From: an uncultured Alphaproteobacteria bacterium
Lineage (GTDB): Bacteria > Pseudomonadota > Alphaproteobacteria > UBA6615
DNA length: 64,000 nt
Assembly (NCBI GenBank): GCA_943787445.1
Contig: CALSML010000001.1
Coordinates: 57,408-121,407, forward strand
Direction: 5' to 3'
The notes beneath the pieces were generated by a model. It was not told where the DNA came from. It did no database searches and saw only the letters and a program-made list of their open reading frames with translations. Positions 38,135 through 48,294 of the stretch are shown piece by piece (the stretch's first letter is position 1; the number at the start of each line of letters is the position of its first letter). Both the position numbers and the translations under genes were made by a program.

Positions 38135-39346
38135 TTAGATGTTGAGTTCTAGGCAGTAGAGCCCGCCCGCATGCCGGTCGACGCAATAGACGATCCGGTT
38201 TTCATCCACATAGACGTCGTTGATCTGAGCTGTCGCGACGGGAGAATTGTCCGGCTTCGGCGGCACGAAATACGCCACTTCCTTGGGCTGCAGCGGATCC
38301 TTCAGATCGAAGACCCGCAATCCGCCATTGAAGAATGTGCCGAAGATCAGATCGTCCGACTGGAAAGACGGACCCGGGCGGTTCTCATGCAGGTTGTGGG
38401 CGCCGAAACGTCCCCCGCGATTGCGGAAGTCATCGAGCGGCGGCATCGGCAGGGTCGCAATCGGGACCATGTTGTCCTCCTTGCGGGCATCGACAACCCA
38501 GGCCAGCTTCGGCCAGTCGAGGGCATCATCTTTGACGCTTTCATCGGTGACAATCAGGATGTCCTTGCTGAACAGCGGCAGCACCGTATGGGCAAATCCC
38601 GGATAGGGGGGATGCGGATTCCATTCGCCGATCACCTTGGGGTCCGACTTGTCGGAGATGTCCATGATGAAGGTCCCGCCGTCGAGATAGCCCAGATACA
38701 TCCGGTCGGGACGCTGCGGGTAGACATTGGTGTTGTGAGCGCGGAAGCCGGAATCGATGTCAGGATGACGCGGGGGCGGCGGCACATTGTCGCCTTCGCG
38801 GGTGCCCGGATACCACCAGCGACCGACCTCTTCGGGGCTGGAGGGATTGCGCACATCGATGCAGCGATAGAACTGGTCATCCTTCGGATTGGTCGGCACG
38901 AAGTCGTCCGAACCGCCGGCGAAATGGACATACTCACCATCCGCGAACCAGAGTTGATGGACGCCGCGTGAATGCGGGCCGGAGCAATCGAAGAAGGATA
39001 TCGATTTCGGGTTTTCCGGGGTCGAGATGTCGAAGAGTTCGACGCCGACCTTTTCCATGTTCACGCCCGGGGTCTGATAGGCAACGGCCATGATGTCGCC
39101 AGTCACTTCGAGCGAGTTCGAACGCATCTCCATCACGGGCAGTTCGGTCTGCACCACGACCTTGGGGTTGCGCGGATCGCTGACATCGACGCCGGTGAAG
39201 TTCTTGGGCGCGGATTCGTGGGCCAGCCACATGATCCGGCGGCCATCCGGCGCGACCTGCATGGCCATACCTTCGCCCATACCGCCGAAGCCGACGAGCG
39301 TGTCCTGGGACAGCAGCGTCATGTTGTGAATTTCTGGTTGCGACAT
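38135..39346 (-). CDS. LVIVD-repeat beta-propeller protein
   Basis: Repeated blades VDVSDPRNP, FDISTPENP, IDVRNPSSP, MDISDKSDP and FDLKDPLQP; GAGGAG RBS. Confidence 0.88.
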   Translation of the reverse strand: MSQPEIHNMTLLSQDTLVGFGGMGEGMAMQVAPDGRRIMWLAHESAPKNFTGVDVSDPRNPKVVVQTELPVMEMRSNSLEVTGDIMAVAYQTPGVNMEKVGVELFDISTPENPKSISFFDCSGPHSRGVHQLWFADGEYVHFAGGSDDFVPTNPKDDQFYRCIDVRNPSSPEEVGRWWYPGTREGDNVPPPPRHPDIDSGFRAHNTNVYPQRPDRMYLGYLDGGTFIMDISDKSDPKVIGEWNPHPPYPGFAHTVLPLFSKDILIVTDESVKDDALDWPKLAWVVDARKEDNMVPIATLPMPPLDDFRNRGGRFGAHNLHENRPGPSFQSDDLIFGTFFNGGLRVFDLKDPLQPKEVAYFVPPKPDNSPVATAQINDVYVDENRIVYCVDRHAGGLYCLELNI

Positions 39347-39390
39347 CTTTACTTCTCCTCAGTGGGATTTATCCGACCGTCTAGGGCCGG

Positions 39391-41736
39391 TTATACCTTG
39401 TCTTGGGTTGCGTTTTGTATGGTCTGCCACACCCGTTCCGGTGTGGCCGGCATGTCCATGTGGCGGACGCCAAGCGGGCGCAGTGCGTCACAGATCGCGT
39501 TCATGACAGCAGGCAGAGCGCCCACCGTACCGGCTTCGCCGGCGCCTTTCAGGCCCATTGGATTGTTCTTCGAGGGCACATTGTGCTCGATCACGTCGAA
39601 AGACGGAAAATTGTCGGCCCGCGGCATGGCGTAATCCATGAACGAACCGGTCAGCAGTTGACCGCTATCCGGATCATAGACCACCTGTTCGAGAAGCACT
39701 TGGCCGGCCCCCTGAACCACGCCGCCATGGACCTGCCCCTTCACCATCATCGGATTCAGGGCAACGCCCACATCATCGACGACAGTATAGGTGATCATCT
39801 CGACCACGCCGGTCTCCGGGTCGATCTCGACCTCGCTGACATGGCAGCCATTGGGATAGGTGGGACCAGGCGGCAGGATGATGGCGCTTTCGGACAATCC
39901 CATCTCCAGCTCGCGGGGCATTTTCGCTGCCTGGTAGGAGGTCTTGGCCACTTCGATCAGGCTGATCTCCCGGTCGGTGCCGCTGACGGTGAAGACCCCG
40001 TCATCAAAGGTGATGTCGTCTTCGGCGGCTTCGAGCAGATGGGCAGCGATCTTGCGGGCGCGTTCGATGATCTTTTCCGACGCGCGCTGCAGGGCGGCTC
40101 CGCCGACGCTGATCGAGCGCGAACCGAAGGTCCCCTTGCCGTGATGGACCAGATCCGTGTCGCCGTATTGCACGCGGATGGAGTCAAAGGGCACGCCGAG
40201 CTTTTCCGAGGCGATCTGGGCAAAGGCCGTCTCGTGGCCCTGGCCGTGGGAATGGGTCCCCATCAGCACCGAGACACCACCATCGGTGTCGAACCGCACC
40301 GCAGCACTTTCCTCATTGGGAATGGGCAGGGGCCCGCCGGCGATTTCGATGACGCTGGCAATGCCCATGCCGCGCAACTTGCCGCGGGACTGGGCTTCGG
40401 CGCGACGTGCCTCGAACCCGGCCCGGTCCGCGGCTTCCACGGCGCGATTCAGGCAAGTCTCGAATTCCCCGCTGTCATAGGTGAAGACAAAGCCGGTGTC
40501 GTAGGGCAGCGCGTCGGGAGAAATCATGTTGCGGCGACGCAGTTCCACCGGGTCGATGCCCAGCTCGGCAGCGGCCACATCGATGGTGCGCTCGATGGCA
40601 TAGGACGCCTCCGGGCGTCCGGCCCCGCGATAGGTCGCGGTCGGGCTGGTGTGGGTGAAGACGCCACGGGCTTCGGCATGCACATGGGGGGTGGTGTAGA
40701 CGCCTGACAGCCCGCCGAGATTGTTGGTGGGCGAATGGGGTCCGGCATTGCTCATGAACCCGCCCAGCGCGGCGTCGGTGGAAATCCGGAAGGCGAGAAA
40801 TTTGCCCTCTGCATCCAGCGCCATGGCGGCTTTCGAGACATTGTCGCGGGCGTGATAGTCACTGGCCAGTGCTTCGCTGCGGGTCGCGGTGAACCGCACG
40901 GGACGCCCGGTGCGTTTTGCGGCCCAGAGTACCAGCCCGTGTTCGGCAAAGGTGCTGCCGCGCATCCCGAATCCGCCCCCCATGTCAGGCGAGATGATGC
41001 GCAGTTTGGCTTCGGGAATCCGGAAGACATTCTTGCACAGATCCGACCGCATCCGGTGTGGCGACTGCATGCCCGCGTAGAGGGTGTAGCGTTCCTCGAG
41101 CGGGTCGTAGAACCCGATGGCCGCGCGCACCTCCATGGTGTTGGTGGACACCCGGCTGATGGTGAAATCCAGTTCGGTGACATGGGCGGCCTTTTCAAAG
41201 GCCGCGTCGGTTGCCGCCTTGTCCCCGAGGGAAAACACGAAGCTTTCATTCCCGGGGACACTGTCCCAGACCTGCGGTGTGCCCGGGTCGCGCGCGCGGG
41301 CGGTCTCGGTCACTACATCCATGATCTCGTAATCGACATCGATGGCTTCGGTGGCATCGACCGCTTGGGCATAGGTCTCGGCGATGACGGCTGCGACCGC
41401 CTGCCCGACTAAGTGCACCTCGCCATCGGCGAGCAAAGGATAAGGCGGCTCGACCATGGGTGAACCGTCGCGTTTTTTGCGCTTCACTGCTACGGATAAA
41501 CCGCCAATGTCATCAGTATTGAGCTCTGCTGCCGTTAGAACTGCGAGAACCCCGGGCATAGTGGTGGCCGTCGCGGTGGCGATCCCGTTGATCCGAGCCG
41601 AAGCATGGGGCGACCTCAGCAAGGCCATGTAGGCCGCGCCGGAAACTTGGCGGTCGTCGGTGTAGTTTCCCTTGCCGGTTAGGAGCCGCTGGTCTTCAAC
41701 GCGAGGCACCGATTGACCGATGCCGTATTCACGCAT
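39391..41736 (-). CDS. Xanthine dehydrogenase family molybdopterin-binding large subunit (CoxL/CutL-like)
   Basis: GQSVPRVED, DMGGGFG, YRGAGRPEA, HGQGHET, GQVHGG and KGAGEAG motifs. Confidence 0.93.
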   Translation of the reverse strand: MREYGIGQSVPRVEDQRLLTGKGNYTDDRQVSGAAYMALLRSPHASARINGIATATATTMPGVLAVLTAAELNTDDIGGLSVAVKRKKRDGSPMVEPPYPLLADGEVHLVGQAVAAVIAETYAQAVDATEAIDVDYEIMDVVTETARARDPGTPQVWDSVPGNESFVFSLGDKAATDAAFEKAAHVTELDFTISRVSTNTMEVRAAIGFYDPLEERYTLYAGMQSPHRMRSDLCKNVFRIPEAKLRIISPDMGGGFGMRGSTFAEHGLVLWAAKRTGRPVRFTATRSEALASDYHARDNVSKAAMALDAEGKFLAFRISTDAALGGFMSNAGPHSPTNNLGGLSGVYTTPHVHAEARGVFTHTSPTATYRGAGRPEASYAIERTIDVAAAELGIDPVELRRRNMISPDALPYDTGFVFTYDSGEFETCLNRAVEAADRAGFEARRAEAQSRGKLRGMGIASVIEIAGGPLPIPNEESAAVRFDTDGGVSVLMGTHSHGQGHETAFAQIASEKLGVPFDSIRVQYGDTDLVHHGKGTFGSRSISVGGAALQRASEKIIERARKIAAHLLEAAEDDITFDDGVFTVSGTDREISLIEVAKTSYQAAKMPRELEMGLSESAIILPPGPTYPNGCHVSEVEIDPETGVVEMITYTVVDDVGVALNPMMVKGQVHGGVVQGAGQVLLEQVVYDPDSGQLLTGSFMDYAMPRADNFPSFDVIEHNVPSKNNPMGLKGAGEAGTVGALPAVMNAICDALRPLGVRHMDMPATPERVWQTIQNATQDKV

Positions 41737-41797
41737 TAAGCCTGCCCGGGAAGTGCCAAAGGTACAGGTTTCTTTGAATAAATCCGATTCATTAGGA

Positions 41798-43327
41798 CTA
41801 GTGGTCCTTCTTTTCTTCGGCAGCCGCAAGCGCGGCTTCGCCATCTTCAACTGCTTTATCCCAAGCCTTCGGCTTAAAGGAATAATAAAGTGCAACCACG
41901 ATCATGAAGATGATGATGTCCGATATCCAGCGGCTAAATATGAAAGTGAATGGACTATCTCCTGACACCACTAAAACATTGCGCAAGCCGTCTTCGGCTA
42001 TTGGGCCAAGTATAATACCGAGCAAGATACCGGCTGGCGAAAAGTTATATTTCTGCGCTAGGTATCCGATAACCCCCATGGCTACCATGATCCAAACGTC
42101 CCATGGGTTACCACTTGCAGCGAACGTGCCGACCACGCAAAAAATCATAATAATGGGCGCCAAGAGCCCTCGCGGAAACAAAGTCACGTAAGCCATGACA
42201 CGCGCAAGCGTTGCTGCAATTCCGCCCATAAAGAAGTTTGCGAGTATAAATCCCCAGATTACGGTAAATATAATCTCGGGGGAGTCTCGAAATAACCGGT
42301 CACCTGGCTGAAGGCCGTGGATCATTAGCGCGCCGAGTATTACCGCGGCGGATATCCCGCCCGGAATGCCTAGAACAAACATTGGAATAAGCGATGTTCC
42401 GGTTACACCATTATTGGAACCCTCAGTGGCGGCGAGGCCTTTTATCTCTCCTTCTCCAAATTTATCTCCCTCTTTGCCGCGCTGAATTTCCCAAGAATAT
42501 GCTATCCACTGCGCTACGCTGCCACCTGCTGCGGGGATGACGCCCATGACAAGGCCCGTTACCCAACCGCGCATGAGAGACCATCTGCAGTGGATTATTT
42601 CACTCAGTTTAGGCCAAATATTCCAACTTAGCTTGGACACGCCTGAAATATTGGATTTTGGACTTCCTTCGCACAAAGTTAGGGCCTGCGCAAAAGCGAA
42701 CAATCCTATGACCGCCGGTAAGATATCTATTCCGGAATAAAGTCCATCAAGCCCAAAAGCAAACCGAGGGAAAGAGGATGCAGAATCAACCCCTATAGTA
42801 CTTATTAGTAGTCCTAATAAACCAGCAATTAACCCCTTAAGAACGGCCCCAAAAGAAACAGCTGCGATTGCCGTTAATCCTAGCAGCGCGACAACAAAGT
42901 ATTCAGATGGACCGAACAAAAGGGAAACTTTTGCCAATGGCGGCGCGAGGTATAGAAGAGCGAAGCCACTAATCAGACCACCCATGACGGACGCAAAAGT
43001 TGACATGCGGATGGCCTCTATTGCTCGCCCCCGCTTGGTCATTTCGTAGCCTTCGATAGCAGAGGCGGCTGAAGCTGATGTACCGGGCGCCCGCAGCAGA
43101 ATTGCCGTAAATGAGCCTCCGTAAATGCCAGCGGCATAGGTCGAGACCATCAGAATGAGAGCAGTTTCAGGCGGCCATTCGAATGAGATTGGAATCATTA
43201 AGGCAATCGCCATAGGTGGCCCCAGTCCGGGTATGGCGCCGATAATAAGGCCTACAACAATACCAACAAACATCGCCCCCAAGTTTTGAAGCGTGATTAC
43301 ATTAAGAAGAAATTCAAAACTTTCCAT
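41798..43327 (-). CDS. tctA: Tripartite tricarboxylate transporter large permease
   Basis: GAIPGLG, YGGS..PGT, GPSEYF and LGIPG..GALMIHGLQPG motifs. Confidence 0.95.
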   Translation of the reverse strand: MESFEFLLNVITLQNLGAMFVGIVVGLIIGAIPGLGPPMAIALMIPISFEWPPETALILMVSTYAAGIYGGSFTAILLRAPGTSASAASAIEGYEMTKRGRAIEAIRMSTFASVMGGLISGFALLYLAPPLAKVSLLFGPSEYFVVALLGLTAIAAVSFGAVLKGLIAGLLGLLISTIGVDSASSFPRFAFGLDGLYSGIDILPAVIGLFAFAQALTLCEGSPKSNISGVSKLSWNIWPKLSEIIHCRWSLMRGWVTGLVMGVIPAAGGSVAQWIAYSWEIQRGKEGDKFGEGEIKGLAATEGSNNGVTGTSLIPMFVLGIPGGISAAVILGALMIHGLQPGDRLFRDSPEIIFTVIWGFILANFFMGGIAATLARVMAYVTLFPRGLLAPIIMIFCVVGTFAASGNPWDVWIMVAMGVIGYLAQKYNFSPAGILLGIILGPIAEDGLRNVLVVSGDSPFTFIFSRWISDIIIFMIVVALYYSFKPKAWDKAVEDGEAALAAAEEKKDH

Positions 43328-43347
43328 GACTTATCCTCGCGGCGGCT

Positions 43348-43797
43348 CTAAAAGAGCAGTCCTTCTGGCAAGTAGGCATCCAATACCAGACTAAAAAATA
43401 TATATAGGATAGGAAATAAAAATAGCGCGGTTATTAGTATAATTTTATGATTTCTGAGTCCGGTCATGTAGGTGACAACAAAGTAGAATACAATTGATGA
43501 TGTATAAAAACCTATATATATGACGGAGAAAGAATAAATTACACCAACAATGATAACGTAAAGTGGTTTCCACGCGTCGTAGCGAAAATCAAATACTACC
43601 GATCCTTTTAATCGTTCAATATCTCGGCTTGTGAATGACCTTGCCAGCATACCGAGTGCTAACACTATAATCGAGATTGCTGCAAAATCAGGAAATGCAT
43701 CCGAACGCCCCGGGAATTCTAGCGTTAGTAAATACACAATTCCGGCTGCAACGATAATGCCGAGAGCAACTAATCTTTCCGCTAACAATCTCGTCAT
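43348..43797 (-). CDS. tctB: Tripartite tricarboxylate transporter small permease
   Basis: Four to five TM segments, FP motif and C-terminal LPEG; lies between tctC and tctA. Confidence 0.88.
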   Translation of the reverse strand: MTRLLAERLVALGIIVAAGIVYLLTLEFPGRSDAFPDFAAISIIVLALGMLARSFTSRDIERLKGSVVFDFRYDAWKPLYVIIVGVIYSFSVIYIGFYTSSIVFYFVVTYMTGLRNHKIILITALFLFPILYIFFSLVLDAYLPEGLLF

Positions 43798-43828
43798 GGA
43801 ATTCCTCTTTAAGTAATCAGCGAATTCG

Positions 43829-43866
43829 AAAAAAAACACGCCCCGCCTAATACTTGACGGGGCGTG
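43829..43866 (-). terminator. Terminator-like hairpin between tctC and tctB
   Basis: Minus strand cacgccccg..cggggcgtg followed by a T run. Confidence 0.75.
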
Positions 43867-43889
43867 ATTAAAATTGCCGTTGGTCTAGT

Positions 43890-44900
43890 CTACTGAACGT
43901 CCTTTTGTTTCCAATATGCCGCTTGTTCCGCAACTTTTTGGCCGGCTCGTAGCATATTCCACATGTCTTCACCTTTTAAAAACATCAGGTGATTTTTATT
44001 TGCCACTTCTTTTGCCATATATTCGGGGTTAGTGATGGCGCGCTCGATTGCCCCCAAGTAAACGGCACGCTTTTCTTCTTCAAGACCATTCGCTGTTGCG
44101 ATAGTCCGCCCAGCGTATGTAACATTTGTTTTACCCGTAAGCTCGGTAAATGTTGGCACGCTCGGAAGCATTTTCCAAGGCTCCGGATGCATAACAGCAA
44201 TCGGGCGTAATTTACGCTCAAGAATACTATTAATATAGTAACCGACATTAGCTGCAACCATGTCAACGTGCTTGCCTAGAAGTAGCTGGATCTTTGCATT
44301 GTCTCCCTTACTCATTACAAACTTTGTCTGAAATTCTGGGAAAGCTTGCTGAGCAAATGCTACACCTATGTGGTCATCACTTCCTAGGCTTCCTGGTGCG
44401 ACGATGAGGGGGGTTTTCGCCGCATAATCGAGAATATCCTGCAGGTTTTTGAATCGCTCATCATCCCACCGAACCAGCCAGAGACCGGGGTCGTAGGAGT
44501 GCCAAGCTAGAAAGTTAAACGATTCAAGTGTTTCTTTTCGTTTCATTGCTGGATTAAGCATAGAAAAAATGTGAGGAATATTTACAACGGCCAGCTTGTG
44601 GTCATCCTTTTTCTTATTCCAATTATTGGTAACTTGTCCCCAAGAAACCCAGCCGCCGCCGCCAGCTACGTTGGTGACCTTAACTGGCACGCCCAGCTCT
44701 TCTGATAGGTATGGGGCAAAGAGCCTGAACGTGCGGTCTGCTCCGCCACCCGGCTTAAATGGGACCTGGAGTTGCACAGGCTTGCTGGGAAAATCGGCGG
44801 CCGAAACCGACTTCGGTGCGGTTGCTGCTATACCAAGCGCAGCAATAGCTGCGCCGGCTATAAGCGGAATTTTGGTGAATTTGAACATTCGGTGAACCAT
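43890..44900 (-). CDS. tctC: Tripartite tricarboxylate transporter substrate-binding protein (Bug family)
   Basis: Signal peptide; FPSKPV..VPFKPGGGAD, NVAGGGG, LLGKHVD and LPSVPTFTE motifs. Confidence 0.92.
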   Translation of the reverse strand: MVHRMFKFTKIPLIAGAAIAALGIAATAPKSVSAADFPSKPVQLQVPFKPGGGADRTFRLFAPYLSEELGVPVKVTNVAGGGGWVSWGQVTNNWNKKKDDHKLAVVNIPHIFSMLNPAMKRKETLESFNFLAWHSYDPGLWLVRWDDERFKNLQDILDYAAKTPLIVAPGSLGSDDHIGVAFAQQAFPEFQTKFVMSKGDNAKIQLLLGKHVDMVAANVGYYINSILERKLRPIAVMHPEPWKMLPSVPTFTELTGKTNVTYAGRTIATANGLEEEKRAVYLGAIERAITNPEYMAKEVANKNHLMFLKGEDMWNMLRAGQKVAEQAAYWKQKDVQ

Positions 44901-45008
44901 CCCTTGTCGTGAGTTTTAGTTTTTTTTACGACTAAATGATATCGGGTTGGTACATTACAGGGAACAAAAATTAGAAAAATTTTTAAATAATATGTTCTTC
45001 GTTAAAAA

Positions 45009-45491
45009 TTATGGGGTCGCATCCGCGGCAGTCCGCATGGGCGAGCGCCCGGATTTTTGGGCTTCTTCGGCGGAGAAATTCAGTTCGATCTTGATACCGT
45101 TGATTGGTTCCATGAAAAACAGCTGATAGAGCGACTGATTATGGGCCTGTCGTTCGTTGTACTTGATGCCGTTGGAATCCAGTCGATTGGCAAACTCCTC
45201 TATCCCCGAGCAATTGAAGCACACGTGGTCGATACGACCGCTACCGCTATTAGCCTCGGCCTCGACGGCCGCAGAGTTGTCACCGGGACGCAGGTACTCG
45301 TTCTGATGATCCGAGTGGTTGGCCTTGCCGATGTGAACTACATCCTGATCGCCGATATAGAGCCAGTGAACCGGGAACCCAAATTCCGGGTGGTCGCCGG
45401 AACGGAAGCCGAGATTCTCGACCCACCAGTCACGGGTCCCTTCGGGGTCGTGGGTGAGGATCAGAATGTGTTCCATGAAATTCAGGCCCAT
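45009..45491 (-). CDS. VOC/glyoxalase family protein
   Basis: EHILI, PEFGFPVHWLY, IDHVCF and QLFF..GIKIELNF motifs. Confidence 0.9.
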   Translation of the reverse strand: MGLNFMEHILILTHDPEGTRDWWVENLGFRSGDHPEFGFPVHWLYIGDQDVVHIGKANHSDHQNEYLRPGDNSAAVEAEANSGSGRIDHVCFNCSGIEEFANRLDSNGIKYNERQAHNQSLYQLFFMEPINGIKIELNFSAEEAQKSGRSPMRTAADATP

Positions 45492-45603
45492 GGGTCGGCT
45501 CCGTGTGCATGTGGTTGTAGGTATCGCTTGGGAGAAGGATTGTGGCGCAAAGGTCCGGTCGTCTCAACCGGCGATTGGGCACAATTTTTTTCCGTTTTGC
45601 GCG

Positions 45604-46143
45604 CTAATCGAGCGGCTCGGCATTCAGTAGCATAGCAGCTATCAGACAGGGTTCGCTTGTCCGGTTCGACCAAGCGTGCAGCGTGCCACGCTGGACGCAG
45701 GCATCGCCGGACTTCAGGCAGACCTCTTCGTCATCAAGAATTAGCCAGACCTCGCCGGACACTACGATTAGATGGTCGACGGATTTAGTCTTGTGCATGC
45801 CCGGGTGCTTTTGTCCGTCGAGGCAATCCCCGGCGCCCATTTTTTCGAAATACTCTTTCATCTGATCAAAGTTGCGCTTGGAATCCGGCGGGATTTCGAC
45901 AAGACGAAAGACCGCACCACCAGCGGGCGGTTCCAGCGTCACCTTGTCCCGCACCGTGTCGGCGTTGCCCGCGTTGCTGTCGGGCACCGATCCTGATAGC
46001 CACACATCCGACAGGCGGACATTGGGTTGGCCCGCTGGTGTCAGAACATGACCTAGGTCGGCGGTCATGGTTTCGTCGATGATGACGACGGCTTTGCCGT
46101 CTGGGTCATGGCCGGTGATCACGCGTCGTATATCGCGGGGCAT
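45604..46143 (-). CDS. Cupin domain protein
   Basis: RRVITGHD, MHKTKSVD and GDACVQRGTLHAWSN motifs. Confidence 0.9.
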   Translation of the reverse strand: MPRDIRRVITGHDPDGKAVVIIDETMTADLGHVLTPAGQPNVRLSDVWLSGSVPDSNAGNADTVRDKVTLEPPAGGAVFRLVEIPPDSKRNFDQMKEYFEKMGAGDCLDGQKHPGMHKTKSVDHLIVVSGEVWLILDDEEVCLKSGDACVQRGTLHAWSNRTSEPCLIAAMLLNAEPLD

Positions 46144-46153
46144 GAGAATCTCC

Positions 46154-47191
46154 TCAGTTTTGGTCCGGGGTCTGACGGTCGCGCCAGTTGGCCGGTTTGA
46201 CGAGGCGGTTCTTCAGCACACCAATATGCTCGACTTCGAGTTCGATTATGTCGTTATCGGATAGATAGCGATTGTGTTCCAGCCCGCAGCCACTGGGCAC
46301 GGTGCCCGAACCAAAGATTTCGCCGGAATAGATGGTCTGGTTGTGGCTGAGATGGGCCAGCACATCCTCAAACCGGTGGTCCATCATGGCGGTGTTGCCG
46401 CGGCTCCACTCTTCGCCATTGATCCGTGCGACCATGGTCTGATCGTAGGGGTCGGCAATCTCATCAGCGGTCACGATGCACGGTCCCAGAGCATTACCGG
46501 CGTCGAAATCTTTGCCAGGGCCACCCATGCCCGCACCGGTGCGAATCTCGATTGCCTGAATGTCGCGCGCGCTGAAATCGTTGAAAATGGTGAAGCCGAA
46601 GAAATGGGTCGCGGCGGTTTCGGCCTTGATGTTGGTGCCGCTCGATCCGGTGACGACCGCCCATTCGAGTTCGTAGTCCATGCGTCGGGATTCGTGGGGC
46701 CAACTAGCCTCGTCGTCCGGGCCGATGATGCTGAGATGATTACTGTTGAGATAGGCCGGTGCGCGCTTCCACTCATTGGGGACATCGAGCGCACCGGAGG
46801 CCCGAAAGGCGTGCATAGCCGCGGCTGGATCGTCTTCACGCGCGGCGAGGCGGGTGTAGCGCACCTCCCGAGCATTGCGAAGATGCTGTAAGAAACAGGT
46901 GCAATCTCGAAGTCGTCGCGGATTGGGCAGGGGTGCATGGAGCTTGAGGTTGGTGCGGCTGAGCAGGGCCGGACCCTCCCCCCGTGACTGTATCCGTGTG
47001 CCGAGTTCCCTCGCCTGATCCAAGGCAGCCGGTCCCCCATCAATCAGTGCAAGCATGCTGGTGAAGGCCTCGGTGTTCGCGTGGACGTCTGCGGCGGCCC
47101 TGTCTAGATCGACAACCTGCCGATCCTGCTCAATCAGCGCGCCGAGGCGTGGTGGATCCGCGGGTGAAGTTGAAAAGGTAACGAGGCGCAA
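46154..47191 (-). CDS. Fumarylacetoacetate hydrolase family protein
   Basis: DYELE, GFTIFNDFSARDIQ, KDF..LGP and GEIFGSGT motifs. Confidence 0.92.
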   Translation of the reverse strand: MRLVTFSTSPADPPRLGALIEQDRQVVDLDRAAADVHANTEAFTSMLALIDGGPAALDQARELGTRIQSRGEGPALLSRTNLKLHAPLPNPRRLRDCTCFLQHLRNAREVRYTRLAAREDDPAAAMHAFRASGALDVPNEWKRAPAYLNSNHLSIIGPDDEASWPHESRRMDYELEWAVVTGSSGTNIKAETAATHFFGFTIFNDFSARDIQAIEIRTGAGMGGPGKDFDAGNALGPCIVTADEIADPYDQTMVARINGEEWSRGNTAMMDHRFEDVLAHLSHNQTIYSGEIFGSGTVPSGCGLEHNRYLSDNDIIELEVEHIGVLKNRLVKPANWRDRQTPDQN

Positions 47192-47355
47192 GGTGGAATT
47201 CCTGCATGAAGATCAGGGTTGATGTTCAAACATGGTTTAGCAAAGCGCTTGTTGAGGCAAGACCTGACCGCGGTCTGTTCATTCAATAGCCGGCCCGAAC
47301 GGCATGGCGTGATCCGGGGGGCTGGGTTAAGACACGGGATCGGCTTATTGCGCCG

Positions 47356-48294
47356 GTGTTCTTGATCGGGTCCCGTGTGAGTCAGAATCTTTCATCTTCA
47401 GCCGGAAAATTGGCCATTCTGGCGGCCGTGGCGGCTTGCCTTTCGACCGCGCTAGGCGGGTCGGCCTTTGTTGCCATGCGCTTTCTGGTGACCGAAACCG
47501 AGCCGGTGACCGTCGCGTTTCTGCGCAACGGCATCGCTGCGGTGGTGCTGACCTCATTTGCCCTGGTGGTCGTGCGGCGCTGGCCTTCGCCACGTGAGCT
47601 GCTCGTCATGGGGGTCATGGGCGCGATGTTTTTCGGCGGGCTGCAGTTCATTTTTTCAACGGCCCTGACCTTCACGACGTCATCTCGCGGCGCGCTGGCC
47701 TATATGACCACGCCGTTCATCACCTTGATATTCGCCGGGATATTCGGGATCGAAAAACCGACCCGGCAGAAGCTGATTGGCATCACCATCGCAACATCCG
47801 GCATTGTTGTGGCGCTTGCCCAAAGCGCGGGCGCGCCGCCGGATGCCTGGATCGGTGACGGGCTGGTGCTGGTGGGGGCGGTGATCACATCGGTCTATGG
47901 CGTCTGGTCGAGCCGCGCCCTGCAACGTCATTCACCACTGGTGGCCGTTGTCAGCGGCGTCGTTCCCGGATCATTTCTGCTGTTTCTGCTCGCGCTGGGA
48001 TTGGGTGCACCGACCTTTGCGCCTGAATTGTCGGGAACCGGATGGGCAGCCGTGGCCTTTCTCGGTATTGGTGCCGCAGTCATTTCCTACACCCTCTGGC
48101 TCTGGGCTCTGCGCCACACGACGCCAACCCTTGTCGCGGTGGCGCTGCCGATGAATCCGTTGATGGCACTTCTCTGGGGGGCCGTGCTGCTGGGCGAAAA
48201 GGTCACCGTCGAAATGATCGCGGGATTCGGGCTGGTGCTGCTGGGCATCGCGATTGCCAACTGGCGTCGCCAGACGAAGGAGGCGCTGGTATGA
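47356..48294 (+). CDS. DMT/EamA family transporter (start uncertain)
   Basis: About 10 TM segments; FLR, GIEK, GDGL and LLGE motifs. Confidence 0.88.
   Translation: MFLIGSRVSQNLSSSAGKLAILAAVAACLSTALGGSAFVAMRFLVTETEPVTVAFLRNGIAAVVLTSFALVVVRRWPSPRELLVMGVMGAMFFGGLQFIFSTALTFTTSSRGALAYMTTPFITLIFAGIFGIEKPTRQKLIGITIATSGIVVALAQSAGAPPDAWIGDGLVLVGAVITSVYGVWSSRALQRHSPLVAVVSGVVPGSFLLFLLALGLGAPTFAPELSGTGWAAVAFLGIGAAVISYTLWLWALRHTTPTLVAVALPMNPLMALLWGAVLLGEKVTVEMIAGFGLVLLGIAIANWRRQTKEALV

Noticed and set aside
39391..41736. Aerobic CO dehydrogenase (form I coxL)
   Set aside because: The active-site loop is YRGAGR rather than AYxCSFR, and no coxM, coxS or coxDEFG genes are adjacent.
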